Assembly (NCBI GenBank): GCA_002269645.1
Contig: NIVC01000712.1
Span: forward strand, 1 to 64,000
Origin: Macrostomum lignano
Taxonomy: Eukaryota
Length of the DNA: 64,000 bases
Reading direction: 5' to 3'
A program made the position numbers and the translations under genes. Numbering within the stretch: position 1 is the first letter of the stretch; the number at the start of each line of letters is the position of its first letter. Shown piece by piece: positions 62,822-64,000 of this stretch. Under the pieces are notes generated by a model that ran no database searches, was not told where the DNA came from, and worked only from the letters and a program-made list of their open reading frames with translations.

Positions 62822-63120
62822 AATAATAATAATTGATTACACCCGCCCCAATGGGCAGATGTGCAACCGACAGCTCAGCCGCAGCTATTGCGCGGCGCAT
62901 CTGAAGGCTGCGTACGGCTGTTCAGTCCAAGGACTGGGGGGTCGCCACACACACCCTCAATTACCCCAGCTAATGCTGGCACCCATTTTACAGCTGGGTG
63001 AACTGAAGCAATACAGAGCTAAGTGTCTTGCTCAAAGACACAAATTGTTCCGAGAAGGATCGGGAATCGAACCACCGACTTTCAAGTCGTAAGTCCGACG
63101 CTCAACCGCTAGGCTACAAC
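62822..63120 (-). mobile_element. tRNA-derived SINE with Nin/Deu-like central domain and (ATT)n tail
   Basis: A-box TAGCCTAGCGG, B-box GGTTCGATTCC, core GTGTCTTTGAGCAAGACACTT...CACCCAGCTGTAAAATGGGTGCC, ATTATTATT tail. Confidence 0.8.
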
Positions 63121-64000
63121 CCCTACTAATGCTAGTGTTATCTAGCACTTGTCAAGTCTTGCTCTCGGCTCTTACATCCGACCGGAAATAATTGTTCTTT
63201 AAATGCGTCAAATAGCACATAAAAAATGAATTGGGGGGAATCCCAAAATAACTGTCGAAACGACACGAAATTTGTGAGAATCGACAATTGGTGGCACATG
63301 TGACACAATTAAGAATCAAATTTTTAATTGTGCACTGCTGTGCCACAACTGTGCCACAACTGTGCCAGTTGTCTCAGCTATTTTTGAGTGCTTATAATTG
63401 TGCACAACTGTGCCATAAATGTACCATTTGGCACCATACGAGTAAATGTGCAGCTAGAAGCAGTTAAACTAGCGCGTACTGTGCCATTTGGCGTAAATTC
63501 TCCAGACGAGTGAATTTGCAGTTTAAAGCAGTTGAACTAAGCGCATAATATGCTATCTGATGCTGTTATAGTTGACCCGTTAGTCAACTACGAGTTATGA
63601 AGTGTATGAAGTAGCTAAGATTTGCGAGAGGTCCTTCTCATGTTTAAATGAGGGAAGACAAATTGAAAAGAGTTGTTAATGTAAATTAAACTTTAAAATA
63701 ATGTTGAGCGCGAACATAAACAGATTAAAACAGTTGGAAAAAGGGATGTTGCATAAATACGTATATATTTAATGGGAAGTAGCAAATAGGACAAAAAACA
63801 TGTATAAAACAGGAAAAAGGGGAGGCTGCGGAATTAAAAAATGCATACTAGAAGTTAACGGAAAGAAACATAACCGACAGCGGACATTGGACAGGAAACA
63901 AAAAACAACGTAATTAAAAAGCGCGGTGCATGAAAATTGTGGTGCCAGCCAAAGAGTTTACACTTCTAATACATTTAAAACTAAAACATGCAATGTAACA

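Noticed and set aside
62990-63120. tRNA gene
   Set aside because: A and B boxes are present but there is no complete acceptor stem, and the sequence continues into a SINE core and tail.

Overview
Repeat-rich eukaryotic (animal) genomic DNA with GT-AG introns and no prokaryotic features. The repeat content and style suggest a free-living flatworm such as Macrostomum (inference only). The centrepiece is a tandem family of three paralogous genes (A ~23.3-26.1 kb, B ~37.8-45.0 kb, C ~54.8-60.4 kb) plus a relic of a fourth. Each has a very large first coding exon whose N-terminal half carries IFIT-like TPR motifs (ECHxxW, KGW, late H-x-GR helix). In B and C this exon splices in phase to two ZC3H7/HELZ-type CCCH zinc-finger exons and a Q-rich tail exon. 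This is a candidate, apparently lineage-expanded, RNA-sensing/antiviral gene family. The cluster is densely targeted by P-element-superfamily transposons: a THAP-transposase element with TIRs and TSD, two non-autonomous elements, a truncated end, and two TSD-flanked head-to-head TIR stubs that look like P-type excision footprints. Also present: a LOA/Lian-like LINE with RNase H, a spliced prohormone-4-like gene, an internally deleted piggyBac, foldback elements, RTE and other LINE fragments, a degraded CACTA/EnSpm-like transposase, a tRNA-headed SINE and several minisatellites. Protein family calls come from recalled motifs, not database searches. Many single-base frameshifts lie in homopolymers and may be assembly errors.
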